The notes beneath the pieces are model-generated. The model had not been told where the DNA came from and searched no databases. It saw nothing but the letters and a program-made list of their open reading frames with translations. The position numbers and the translations under genes were made by a program. From contig NC_091981.1 of assembly GCF_044704955.1 (NCBI RefSeq), positions 78,430,001-78,494,000 of the forward strand: a DNA stretch of 64,000 nucleotides, in the 5' to 3' direction. Positions 1 to 10,959 of the stretch are shown here, piece after piece. Source of the DNA: Pristiophorus japonicus (taxonomy: Eukaryota). Position 1 is the stretch's first letter. The number at the start of each line of letters is the position of its first letter.

Positions 1-200
1 TCATTAATGAAAACTTAAAACTGAAATAAATTAAAATTCAGGGCAAAAATGGAACCAAAATGAAAACACTATCAAATACTAAAGCTAAATGATGGATATT
101 GAGTCGTGGTAAGCAGTGACACTGGACTGAGCATGCACAGTGTGCAGTATAGTCACCACTAATGTAGAATTCCTATGGCATCTCCTGTCCACTATTTAAT

Positions 201-279
201 AGAGAATAATAATTTAATAATTGAGAACTCACTTTCAGAGTGGAAGCAAGACTTCCTTGATTTCAAGGGACTGCCTATG
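201..279 (+). mobile_element. Very short 5'-truncated RTE-clade LINE 3' end with AT-rich filler
   Basis: tgagaactcacttt..gtggaagcaag..gggactgcctatg matches 17052-17109; flanked by actatttaat at 191-200 and 280-289 (TSD). Confidence 0.7.
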
Positions 280-384
280 ACTATTTAATTGGAGGCATTA
301 ACTGATTGAAAATAAAAAGGTTAAAGCCTTCATTAAAATAATGGACAGAGAACATTTTATTATGCTGTGTTCTTCTAGCAGCAA

Positions 385-469
385 AGAAAGAGAGGGGGAG
401 GGGGAGAGATAGAGAGCTAGAGGGGGGAGAGCGAGAGATGGGGGGGAGAGCAAAGGGGTGGGGGGGGGG

Positions 470-506
<37 letters not shown>

Positions 507-600
507 TGGGGGTGCAGGGCAGAGAGAAAGTAGGGGTGGAGGGGGGGGGGGGAAGAGTTAAAGTGTAGGGGAGAAGCAAGAAAGTGGGGGGAGGGGGGAA
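385..600. repeat. Purine-rich (GA)n / poly-G low-complexity tract
   Basis: Direct reading. Confidence 0.9.
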
Positions 601-602
601 TT

Positions 603-905
603 AAGACTTGCATTTATATAGCGCCTTTCATGGCCACCAGACGTCTCAAAGCATTTACAGACAATGAAGTACTTTTGGAGTGTGGTCACCGTTTTAATGT
701 GGGAAAAGCGGGAGCCAATTTGCTCAAAACAAGCTCCCACAAACAGCAATGTGATCATCTGTTTTTCTCATGTTGATTGAAGGATAAATATTGGCTAGGA
801 CACCGGGGATAACGCCCCCGCTTTTCTCCGAAAGAATGGCATGGGATCTTTTACGTCCAGAAAGAGCAGACGGGACCCCACTTTAACATCTCATCTGACA
901 GACGG
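603..905 (-). mobile_element. SacSINE1-like DeuSINE, head missing
   Basis: aagacttgcatttatatagcgcctttc tail plus Deu-type core (..tttaacatctcatctga..); homologous to 23587-23992 and 62650-62945. Confidence 0.75.
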
Positions 906-1124
906 GGAGAGCAAGTGATGGGGGGGGGGGGGAGGAGGCGGAGAGAGCAAGCTGGGGGGGGGCAGGGACAGCAAGCGGGCGGGGGGGGGGGCGGGGCAGG
1001 GACAGCAAGCGGGGAGGGGGCAGGGATAGAAAGCGGGGGTGGGGCAGGGACAGCAAGCAGGGGGGGCAGAGAGAGCAAACTGGGAGCAAGAAAGCCACAA
1101 GAGGGAGGGTGGCCAGGGGAAAAA

Positions 1125-1360
1125 CGGTTTTCACCCCGAGGGTGGTGGGGGTCTGGAACTCATTGCCTCAAAGGGTGGTAGAGGGAGAAACCCTCACCAC
1201 ATTTAAAGTGTACTTGGATGTGCACTTGAAATACCATAACCTACAGGGATACGGACCAAGGGCTGGAAGGTGGGATTAGGCTGGATAGCACTTTGTTGTC
1301 TGGCACGGACACGATGGGCCAAAATTGCTTCCTTCCATGCTGTAAAGTTATATGATTCTA
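1125..1360 (+). mobile_element. CR1-type LINE 3' end
   Basis: FxPRVVGVWNSLP-type ORF2 C-terminus and gacacgatgggcc 3' UTR; same type as 46250-46690. Confidence 0.75.
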
Positions 1361-1364
1361 CGAT

Positions 1365-1423
1365 GAGAGAGATGTTGGGGGAGGAAGTGGCGGTAGGGGG
1401 GACGTTGGAGAGAGAGAGAACGG

Positions 1424-1465
<42 letters not shown>

Positions 1466-1606
1466 AGGCGGGGGGCGGGCGGGGGGGAGAGAGAGAGAGA
1501 ACGAGTGTGGGGGGGGGGGGGGGGAAGAGAGAGAGAGAGAGAGAGAGAGAGAACAGGCGGGGCGGGGGGGAGAGAAAGAGAGAGAACGAGTGTGGGGGGG
1601 GGGGGG

Positions 1607-1646
<40 letters not shown>

Positions 1647-2005
1647 GTGTGGGGGGGGGGAAGAGAGAGAGAGAACGGGCGTGGGGGGGGGGGGAAGGAA
1701 GAGAGAGAGAGAGAGAGAAGGGGAGGGGGGGGGAAAAGAGAGAGAGAGATTGGGCGTGGGGGGAGAGCGACCGCGAACGGGCGTGGGGTGGGGGGGGAGA
1801 GAGAGAGCGCGAACGGGCGTGGGGTGGGGGGGGAAAGAGAGCGAACGGGTGTGGGGGAGGGGAAAGAGAGAGAACGGGCGTGGGGGAGAGCGAGCGAACG
1901 GGCCTGGGGAGAGAGAGAACGGATGGGGGGGGTTGCAGAGAGAAATGGGGGGTGCAGCAGCGGGGCGAGAGCAGCAGCGGGGGAGGGAGAGAAAAAGTTG
2001 TGGGT
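1365..2005. repeat. Composite G/GA minisatellite, unit approx. gagaacg(a/g)g(t/c)gt-(g)n-aa-(ga)n
   Basis: About a dozen degenerate units; explains the spurious G/R/E- and P/S/L-rich ORFs here. Confidence 0.9.
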
Positions 2006-2319
2006 GAGGGAAAACATGTGGAAATAGAGACGTTTGATGTGGTTAGATGAAGAAATGTGGGAGGAGATTCGTGTGGAGTATGAACACCAGCACGGACCAG
2101 TTTCTGTGCTCTATATGCACTGGCCCGGAATTTGTGGATGGAGTGAAGTGAAGGTATTCGGCGTTGAGCTCGAGGAAAGCTGCGCATATATTTCTTGTGG
2201 TATCAATTTCACCTTTCCTGAAGTTTTGCTGTCATTACAACCACAATATAAAGAGAGAGGAAGGGAGAAAGTGGGTGAGGAAAGCGAGTGGAAAGGAAGG
2301 GAGAGGAAAGGAAGGAAAA

Positions 2320-4800
2320 GAACATAAGAAATCGGAACAGGAGTAGGTCATACGGCCACTTGAGCCTGCTCCGCTATTTAATACGAACTTGGCTGATCTG
2401 ATCATGGACTCAGCTGCACTTCTCTGCCCGCTCCCCATAACCACTTATCGTTTAAGAAACTGTCTATTTCTGTCTTAAATTTATTCAAAATCCCAGTTTC
2501 CTGAGGCAGCAAATTCCACAGATTTACAACCCTCTGAAAGAAGAAATTTCTCATCAGTTTTAAATGGGCGGCCCCCTAGTTCTAGTCTACCCCATCAGTG
2601 GAAACATCCTCTCTGCTTCCACTTTGTCAAGCCTCCTCATAATCTTACACGTTTCGATAAAATCACCTCTCATTCTTCTGAATTCCAATGAGTAGAGGCC
2701 CAACCTACTCAACCTTTCCTCATAAGTCAACCCCCTCATCTCCGGAATCAACTCAGTGAACCTTCTCTGAGCTGCTTCCAAAGCAAGTATATACTTTCGT
2801 AAATATGGAAACCAAAACTGTACGCAGTATTCCAGGTGTGGCCTCAACAATACCCTGTATAACTGTAGCAAGACTTCCCTGCGTTTATACTCCATCCCCT
2901 TTGCAACAAAGGCCAAGATTCCATCGGCCTTCCTGATCACTTGCTGTACCTGCATATTAACCTTTTGTGTTTCATGCACAAGTACCCCCAGGTCCCGCTG
3001 CACTGGAGCTCTTTGATTTTTTCTGCCAAAGTGCATAACCTCACACTTTCCAACATTATACTCCATCTGCTAAACTTTTGCCCACTTAGCCTGTCTATGC
3101 CCTTTTGCAGATTTTTTGTGTCCTCATCCATTGCATTTCCTCCCATCTTTGTATCGTCACCAACCGCGGCTACATTACTCTCCGTACCTTCTTCCAAGTT
3201 GTTAATATAGATTGGAAATAGTTGGGGTCCCAGCACCGATCCTTGCAGCACCCCACTAGTTACTGATTGCCAACCAGAGAATGAACCATTTATCCCGACT
3301 CTCTGTTTTCTGTTAGTTAGCCAACCCTCTATCCATGCTAATATATATTACTCCCAATTTTTATCTTGCGCAATAACCTTTTATGTGGCACCTTGTCAAA
3401 TGTCTTCTGGAAGTCCAAATTCACTACATCCACTTTATCCACCCTGTTCATTACATCCTCAAAGCATTCCAGCAAATTTGTCAAACATGACTTCCCCTTC
3501 ATAAGTCCATGCTGACTCTGCCTGACCGAATTATGCTTTTCCAAATATCCTGCTGCTGCTTCTTTAATAATGGACTTCAACATTTTCGCAACCACAGATG
3601 TTAGGCTAACTGGTCTATAGTTTCCTGCTTTTTGTCTGGCTCCTTTTTTTAAATAGGAGTGTTACCTTTGCAGTTTTCCAATCTGCTGGGACCTCCCCAG
3701 CATCCAGGGAATTTTGGTAAATTACAACCAATGCATCCTCTATCCCTGCCGCTACTTCTCTTAAGACCCGAGGATGCAAGCTATCCGGTCCAGGGGATTT
3801 ATCCACTTTTAGTCCCATTATCTTACTGAGTACCACCTCCTTAGTGATTGTGATAAATTCCTCCCCCCCTATAGCCCCTTGACTATCCACTGTTGAGATA
3901 CTGATAGTGTCCTCTACCATAAAGACTGATACAAAATATTTGTTGAGTTTCTGCCATCTCCATGTTCCCCATTACTAATGCCCCAGTCTTGTCATCTAAG
4001 GGACCAACATTTACTTTAGCCACTCTTTTCCTTTTTATATACCTATAGAAACTCTTGCTATCTGTTTTTATATTTCATGCTAGTTTACTTTCATAGTCTA
4101 TCTTCCCTTTCTTAATCATTTTTTTTGTCATTCTTTGCTGGCTTTCAAAAGCTTCCCAATCTTCTGTCCTCCCACTAGTTTTGGCCACTTTTTATGTCCT
4201 TGTTTTTAATTGGATACCATCCTTTATTTCTTTAGTTAGCCACGGATGGTTATCTTTTCTTTTACACCCTTTGCTCCTCACAAATATATTTTTCTTGAGA
4301 GTTGTGAAATATCTCCTTAAATATATGTCACTGTTCATCAACCGTCCTACACTTTAATCTATTTTCCCAGTTCACTTTAGCCAACTCTGCCCTCATACCT
4401 TCATAGTCTCCTTTATTTAAGCTTAGTACGCTGGTTTGAGATCCAACTTTCTCGCCCTCCATCTGAATTTGAAATTCAACCATGCTATGATCAGTCATTC
4501 CAAGGGGATCCTTTACTAGGACATTGTTTATTAACCCTGTCTCATTACACAGGACCAGATCTAAGATAGCCTGCCCCCTGGTTGGTTCTGTTACATACTG
4601 CTCAAGGAACCAATCCCTTATGCACTCTATGAACTCTTCCTCAAGGTTACTCTGACCAATTTGATTTGTTCAATCAATATGGAGGTTAAAATCACCCATG
4701 ATTATTGCTGTTCACTTTTTACAAGGCCCCACTATTTCCTGGTTTATATTCCGACCAACAGAGTTGTTATTGTTAGGGGACCAATAGACTACGCCCACCA
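2320..4800 (-). mobile_element. CR1 LINE, decayed ORF2 (partial endonuclease and RT) plus 3' UTR
   Basis: Fragments QGSVLGPQLF, QHGLMKGKSCLTNLLE, RPHLEYCVQFW; (ttcttatg) tail at 2320. Confidence 0.93.
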
Positions 4801-6257
4801 GGAAGAAAAGGGGAAGAAAAGGGGAAGGAAAACAAAGGGGAAGGAAAGAGAGAGAGAGAGAGAGAGAGAGGAAGTGAGAAAAGGAGAAAGAAATAAAAAA
4901 AAGAAAAAGTGCCACACACACAGATTCGGCAGAAGACAAATCAGAAACCAATAAAAATAGAAACTGAATAAAATGTTACTTTTGGAAAGTAAACTAAAAT
5001 GTTCTGGAATACAGCCACTGCCTGCTGGTGTTCTGTTATCCACCCTTTTCATATTGTTGGGCAGATTCTACAGCAACAGAGCAGCTACTGTGCGTGCACG
5101 AGTTCAGTTGTTTGAAAGTTATGGCTCATGAGTTTGTTTCTTGCATTGTTGGCCTGCATAGTCAGGCTTTGCATGTAGCCAAGCTGTAGCCAGAAAAAGA
5201 CAACTGATTTGTCTGTTCCTTGAAACTATTTGATCATATTCAAGAAAGAGCTCAACGGCAGCCTAACACGTTAAAATCAGGTTGAGCAGAATTATCGTTC
5301 ATTGATTATATGACACTATCACCTTCCAGGCACAAGCTTTCTAATAATTCACTTCTTTTGACAGGCCAACAGAAATACTAAACATGCCATTTATACACAA
5401 AACTATGTGAAAATTCAGATAGAATTCAGTTTTCGAGGGAGCCTACAGATACTGCATGACTAAACACTGCTTTCACGAGCAGCTTGTTATTTTTGCTCAA
5501 TCAGATAAAACTGCTGAATCTGTATTCTGTGCTAAAAGAAAAACTTACCGGGGGTCTTGAAAAGTTATGAAATCACGCTGTAAATTGACCAAAACATTTG
5601 AAATTCTTCTGCCACAATTTATGGCTAAATACCAATGCTTCAAAATTATTACTCCGGCATATTTGTAAACAGTTAAGGTGCAAGCTGATAGGTCACTTAT
5701 CTGAAGGAAACTTGAAAACCACAAAGTACCTTTCGAACACAACCTAAGCATTATTCCTTCCCAAAAAGTGATTGCTATTGTACATTACTTCCATATCAGA
5801 TTAGGATGCAAAACAGTTTACATTAAACAGATAAAAAAGGGGTTGAATTTGATACACTGGGGGTATTGTGAAACTTTCTTGTAGCACAACAACAATGAGC
5901 ACCAAACAGGAATATTCTAATACTGGTGGAAATAAGGTTTTTCAGCTGCATACATAATATAATATAATGTGTGTGTGGTCACTCTGCTTAGTGGAATAGC
6001 ATGCAAATAGGTAGCAGAACATTCTTCAACTAGTGCATTAAACAAGATGATTTTATGTCATCAAGCCCTGAATTCCTTTTTTATTGGCAGCAACAGATTT
6101 CAACAAGGAGGAGAACACTGTGCCTGTCCACTGCAGATTATTACAGTACAAAGTCTAAACCACTTTCATTGTTAGAAATTATTTTGTTAATACGGTGAAC
6201 ATGGTGTGACATGTAACACAGTCCATCAAATCTAATTGAATCTAACAAAAAAATTAC

Positions 6258-6353
6258 CTGGCATCTTCTGCTGTCTCAGCAATAAGGTAGAAGATACGAT
6301 CTTCTATTACTATATTAATGCCATTCTCCTTCCCAGTGTTATCAATAATCTCT
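6258..6353 (-). CDS. MYO10: Myosin X coding exon, PH2 (EIIDNTGKENGINIVIEDRIFYLIAETAEDAS)
   Basis: tttttag|A acceptor, CAG|gtaatt donor; 96 nt, phase 2 to 2; translated by hand. Confidence 0.93.
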
Positions 6354-6493
6354 CTAAAAATAAAAACAGAACTACAGAAATCAGTGGCAACAAATCATTA
6401 TGCAATTATTTTAATTCTGTGCTTGTGCAGAGGAACTAGGTCACAAGGCAACAAGTTATATTGTTACCACTAACTGTGAAACTTCATTAAAAT

Positions 6494-6779
6494 TGTTGTG
6501 TATGTATAATATACGTATATACCCTGTACACTCAATGTACAGTTACATAAGACCACTGAATGTATTTTCACACTGTATACAGTATAACTGTACCACCAGA
6601 GGGTACAACTGGTGGAGACCTAGGGGTCACCTGTACAGTGCAGGTAACCAAGTATAAAAGGGAGCTCACCACACTGTACCCTCATTCAGAGAGCTGCAAT
6701 AAATGGACTAAGGTCACAACAGTTCAAGTACAATACCTTGCCTCGTGGAGTCATTACTAGAGTGCTTACAGACACAATA
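6494..6779 (+). repeat. 5' LTR
   Basis: TATAAAA near 6653, AATAAA near 6698; near-identical to 9631-9908. Confidence 0.93.
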
Positions 6780-6813
6780 ACTGGCGATGAGATTACGAAT
6801 TTCCACGCGAAAA

Positions 6814-8169
6814 ATGGCTTATCTTGGAAACTTTCAACAATTCGCTGATGGGGAAGATTGGGACGCCTTTGTGGAAAGGCTCGAACACTTCTTCATTGCG
6901 AACGACCTGGCAGGAAACACACCAACTTCGCTGGCTGATAAGCGCAGAGCTATCCTGCTCAGCAGTTGTGGACCCACCATCTATGGCCTCGTCAGGGACC
7001 TGTTAGCCCCAGAGAAGATGACAACCAAAACGTATGCGGAGCTCGTATCAATGATACAGGAACAGCTCAAACCTAAAAAGAGAGCATCCTCACAGCCACA
7101 CTCACCGGTGGCCCGAAGGTCAAGAAATCGCAAAATATGCTGCAGACCTCAGACAATTGGCTGCACCATGTGATTGAAGCACTGAGGGACATCTTCATTA
7201 TTGGAATCGGCCACGAGGGACAGCATCCTTATTAGAATCCTCCACAGGCTGCTTTCTGCAGACACCATGGTCACCCTGCAGAAGGCAATTAACGTCAGCC
7301 AGGCGTTCATGGGCTCGGCCTGTGATTCCAAGCGGATGATGACTCACCCCCAGGACTCTAACCCGACTGGCACCTTTTAGAGGCAAGGCTGCTACCCCGA
7401 GTCCCGCAACCCTGCTACCCCGAGTCCCGCAACCCTGAGTCTGCCACATGGGGCCAACCTGCCAGCCCCATGCTGGCGCTGTGGAGGGAATCATAGGGCC
7501 CACCAGTGCCGCTACAAAGACGATACTTGCAAAGGTTGTAACGCGAAAGGCCTCCTCTAGCGAATGTGCGAGAGAAATTTTACTCACCGAGTCACTGAAG
7601 AGTTGGCCAATCATCTGTGCTCCAGTGCTGATGAAGAGGAAGAGAGAGTCCAGGAGGCAGCTCAGCCCCAGGAAGAGGCGTGCGGAGTGTTTACCTGCTC
7701 CACCGAGAGTTCTCCGTTGAGAATGGAAGTTAAAATCAACGGTGTTCCAGTCTCAATGGAGGTCTACACAGGGGCGAGCCAATTGCTGATGAATCAGGCG
7801 GCCTTTGGGAAACTCTGGGACAATCCAAGCGAACAACCTAAAATGATCCCGATTCAAGTGAAGCCGCTCACCTACACAAACAATACCATCTCAGTCGTTG
7901 GCAGCGTGTATGTCCAGGTGTCCCACGGCGGCGCGATGCACAAGCTACCTTTGTGGATCGTTGCTGGTGATGGTCCACTAGGAAGAAGATGGATGAAACA
8001 AATCCAAATCTGTTGGAGCCGGGAAAACCTCCAGGCCCCGGTGATCGACATCCTATGCGGCCCCAAATTTGGATCCATCACAACACCTGAAAATTCAACC
8101 GTCCAAGCCAACTGCATGGTGACAACACAGACTGCTCAACTCAACGGTGAGATGATCCAGCTCAAATGA
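6814..8169 (+). pseudogene. Frameshifted Mag-type gag-protease
   Basis: EDWDAFVERLEHFFIAN gag N-terminus; tandem zinc knuckles CWRCGGNHRAHQC..CKGCNAKG near 7471-7550; protease MEVYTGAS (catalytic D replaced by Y) and LGRRWM. Confidence 0.85.
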
Positions 8170-9630
8170 CCCGACCTCATCTTCCGGGCTCCAGTGGCAG
8201 GACTCCGGAGGAACACTATCAGCGCAGAAGGTAATTTCCCTGTTTCCGTGCCAGAACCCGGGGAGAAAAGGATCAGCAGCCTACCTCGTGGAGAGAAAGA
8301 AGATGGCGCCCGCACCACGAGGTGAAGCGCCTGAAGTAAAGAAAGCGGCAACCAGACCACGACGGGCAGCATTGAGGGAGCAACACGTGATGCCGAGCAG
8401 CGAACCGGATTGGGGAAAGATTGCAAGGTCCTCTTAAAGAAGACCAGCAACCCATCACAATTAAAGGGACAGTTTCACTCTTTGTACAGCGATGCCGGTA
8501 ATACACATGTAAAAGGTGTAATTGACAAATGCAAATATCTAAATGTAACTTTGAACAGCGATGCCGGTAGTACACAGGAAAAGATGTAATTGACAAATGC
8601 AAACATGTAAAGACAACTAACAATGTCGAGTTGGGTGGTTGCGGTCGGAGCCAATGTATTTCGACTGTAAATGAAGAAATGATGTGTGATGCCGGGTTCT
8701 ACACGTATGCCGACAAAACCAAGGGTAACCTCCCATCGGAAGCACCCAGGTCCAGCGGGCTACCTGATCATGTAGCCTGCGCCTCCAGGACCAATGTGTT
8801 GCCCCAGGGAGTGTGGCCACACACAGAAGGAGCATACCAACTGCAGGGCCAGCGATCAGCGGATGCCAAAGGCACCACTACTGGCACCTTGCCCTAGATT
8901 GCCTCTACCTCTCTGGCCACCAGGGCCAGTCCCGGGAGCAAGAGGCTAGCACCCTCCAGCCCTCCCGACGGGACCTGGGATAACCAGGCTCCTACTACCG
9001 CTGAAGGGCAGCAGGGAGACACTACAGCCCTCAAAGGACGGGGGGGGCCACACATTCCTGTGGCTCTGCCCACCACTGGGCAACGGCAAAGGCCCTGAGA
9101 CTCAGCCAGGTGAGTGATCCGAGCCCACCCAGCTGGCAGGGGGTGCAGCGCCGCCATCAGACAACCTGGACACAGTCCGGTTACTCTGGAACTAGCGTCC
9201 TCACCCACCTGCACCTAAACCCCAGGGGCAAGACTGTAATACCACGTATCTACCTTATCTGTAAAATGTACTTGTTCCACTACTGCTAAACCCAAATAGT
9301 GATGTAACTAATCCTATTTCCTTTGTTTTTTCTGTACATGTATGCACGTGCAGGTGTTGAGCCACACACGTGGTCTATGTATGGAAGGGGAAAATGGATG
9401 TATGTAGCCATGGACACACATGGATCACACCCAGAACCCATTCAACCTCCAAGTGTCCACTGCTGACCATTTCCCAATGTCGTGAAAATAAGTACGGGGG
9501 GGGAGGGGAGGGGGCTACAGGGAGAGAGAAATGCCGAAGCATAGACAAGGTGCAAGAGCTTTGAGCACTCAAGTCTAGGGCCAGAGCACACAGTGCAAAG
9601 GACAGTGGCACAAGACTTAGGGGGGAGTGA

Positions 9631-9908
9631 TGTTATGTATGTATAATATAAGTATATACCCTGTACACTCAATGTAGTTACATAAGACCACTGAATGTAT
9701 CTTCACACTGTATACACTATACCTGTACCACCAGAGGGTGCAACTGGTGGAGACCTAGAGGTCACCTGCACACTGCAAGTAACCAGGTATAAAAGGGAGC
9801 TCACCATACTGTACCCTCATTCAGGAGCTGCAATAAATAAATGGTCACAACAGTTCAAGTACAATACCTTACCTCGTGGAGTCATTACTAGAGTGCTTAC
9901 AGACAATA
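9631..9908 (+). repeat. 3' LTR
   Basis: Direct repeat of the 5' LTR, preceded by the PPT. Confidence 0.93.
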
Positions 9909-9922
9909 AAAACAAACATTAC

Positions 9923-10166
9923 CTGGCAGATTTGATGTCAATGGTTCCTTTTAGCTTCTCTTCACTGTCATTTTCAAAATACATTAGTTTGTTCTCTCTC
10001 AGAACAAACCAGCGCTTCTTCCAGTTGCGTCTTGATAAGGTTGACGTGCCGCCGCCTTTCTTGTGTAACCAGCCTAATTTCAAGGCTTCTTGTTTTGAAC
10101 GGAACCACATGAATGTTTCATCCTTTAAGACACACCATCGGTGTTTCCAAGTATTCATCAGGCCTC
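9923..10166 (-). CDS. MYO10: Myosin X coding exon, split PH1-N and PH2 (GGLMNTWKHRWCVLKD...RNWKKRWFVLRENKLMYFENDSEEKLKGTIDIKSAR)
   Basis: tttctcag| acceptor, CAG|gtaatg donor; 244 nt, phase 1 to 2; PH motif WKKRWFVL. Confidence 0.96.
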
Positions 10167-10311
10167 CTGAGAAACAAATGCATGAACTTTTTGCCAAATA
10201 TTGCCCCAAAACAAGAAATAGAAAATCTTTGACTTGGACAGAAAGATACAACCTCTGAGGGGTACAGTTAACCTGAATACACTGTCCATTGTGCAATTTT
10301 AGTGTAAACAA

Positions 10312-10850
10312 AAACAACTTGCACCTTTAATGTAGTACAACGTCCTATGGCGCTTCACATTTAACACTGAGCCACAAAATTTGATACAGTTAAGGTGATA
10401 TTAGGGCAGGTGACCTAAAGTTTAGTTAGAGTTAGATTTTAAGGGGTGTCCTAAAGGAGGAGAGAGAGGCAAATAGGTTTAGAAAGGGAATTCCAGAGCT
10501 TAGGCAGCTGAAGGCACAGTCGCCAATGGAGGAGTGATAAAAATCAGGGATGTGCAAGAAGCCAGAATTGGCGGCATGCGGAGATCTCGCAGGGTTGTAC
10601 GGCTAGAGGAGGCTACAGAAATAGGTAGGGGGTGAGGCCATGGAACCATTTGAAAAGAAGGATGAAAAATTTTAAATCGAGGTGCTGTTGGACCAGGAGC
10701 CCATGTAGCTTAGCGAGCATGGGGATGATGGGTGAACGGGACTTGATGCGAGTTAGGATCCGGCTGCAGAGTTTTGCATGAAGCACAAGTTTATGGAGCG
10801 TGCAAGGGGGTTGCCAGTCAGAACAGCACTGGATCAAGGCAGATGTGTAA
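10312..10850 (-). mobile_element. L2 LINE 3' fragment
   Basis: SRILTRIKSRSPIIPMLAKLHGLLVQQHLDLK resembles the L2 ORF2 C-terminus (ITPVLxxLHWLPV); L2-type tail. Confidence 0.78.
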
Positions 10851-10959
10851 AAAAAACCCTGATATAATATTATTAAATATTCCATGTACAATTCTTCACA
10901 CTGAAATCTTCAAACCATGTGAACTTTTGTTTAAAATAATAGTAGTAAAAAGAAAGATG

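Larger units (their letters stand above)
6494..9908 (+). mobile_element. Gypsy (Mag-like) LTR retroelement, non-autonomous: gag and protease only
   Basis: Direct repeats 6494-6779 and 9631-9908 starting TGTT; PBS tggcgatgag at 6782 (tRNA-Ser-like); PPT aggggggagtga before the 3' LTR; flanks aaaat/aaaac. Confidence 0.92.

Noticed and set aside
281-2187. Long overlapping ORFs of 90-280 aa (G/E/R- or P/S/L-rich)
   Set aside because: Translations of (GA)n and poly-G repeats, which lack stop codons by composition
5545-5751. Minus-strand donor CCG|gtaagt near 5548 with a short ORF, considered as the next MYO10 exon
   Set aside because: No frame resembles the expected PH2 continuation; that exon was not found and probably lies beyond the window start
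8170-9630. Possible env or accessory gene in the LTR element
   Set aside because: Only short ORFs; no signal peptide, furin site with fusion peptide, or transmembrane pattern seen
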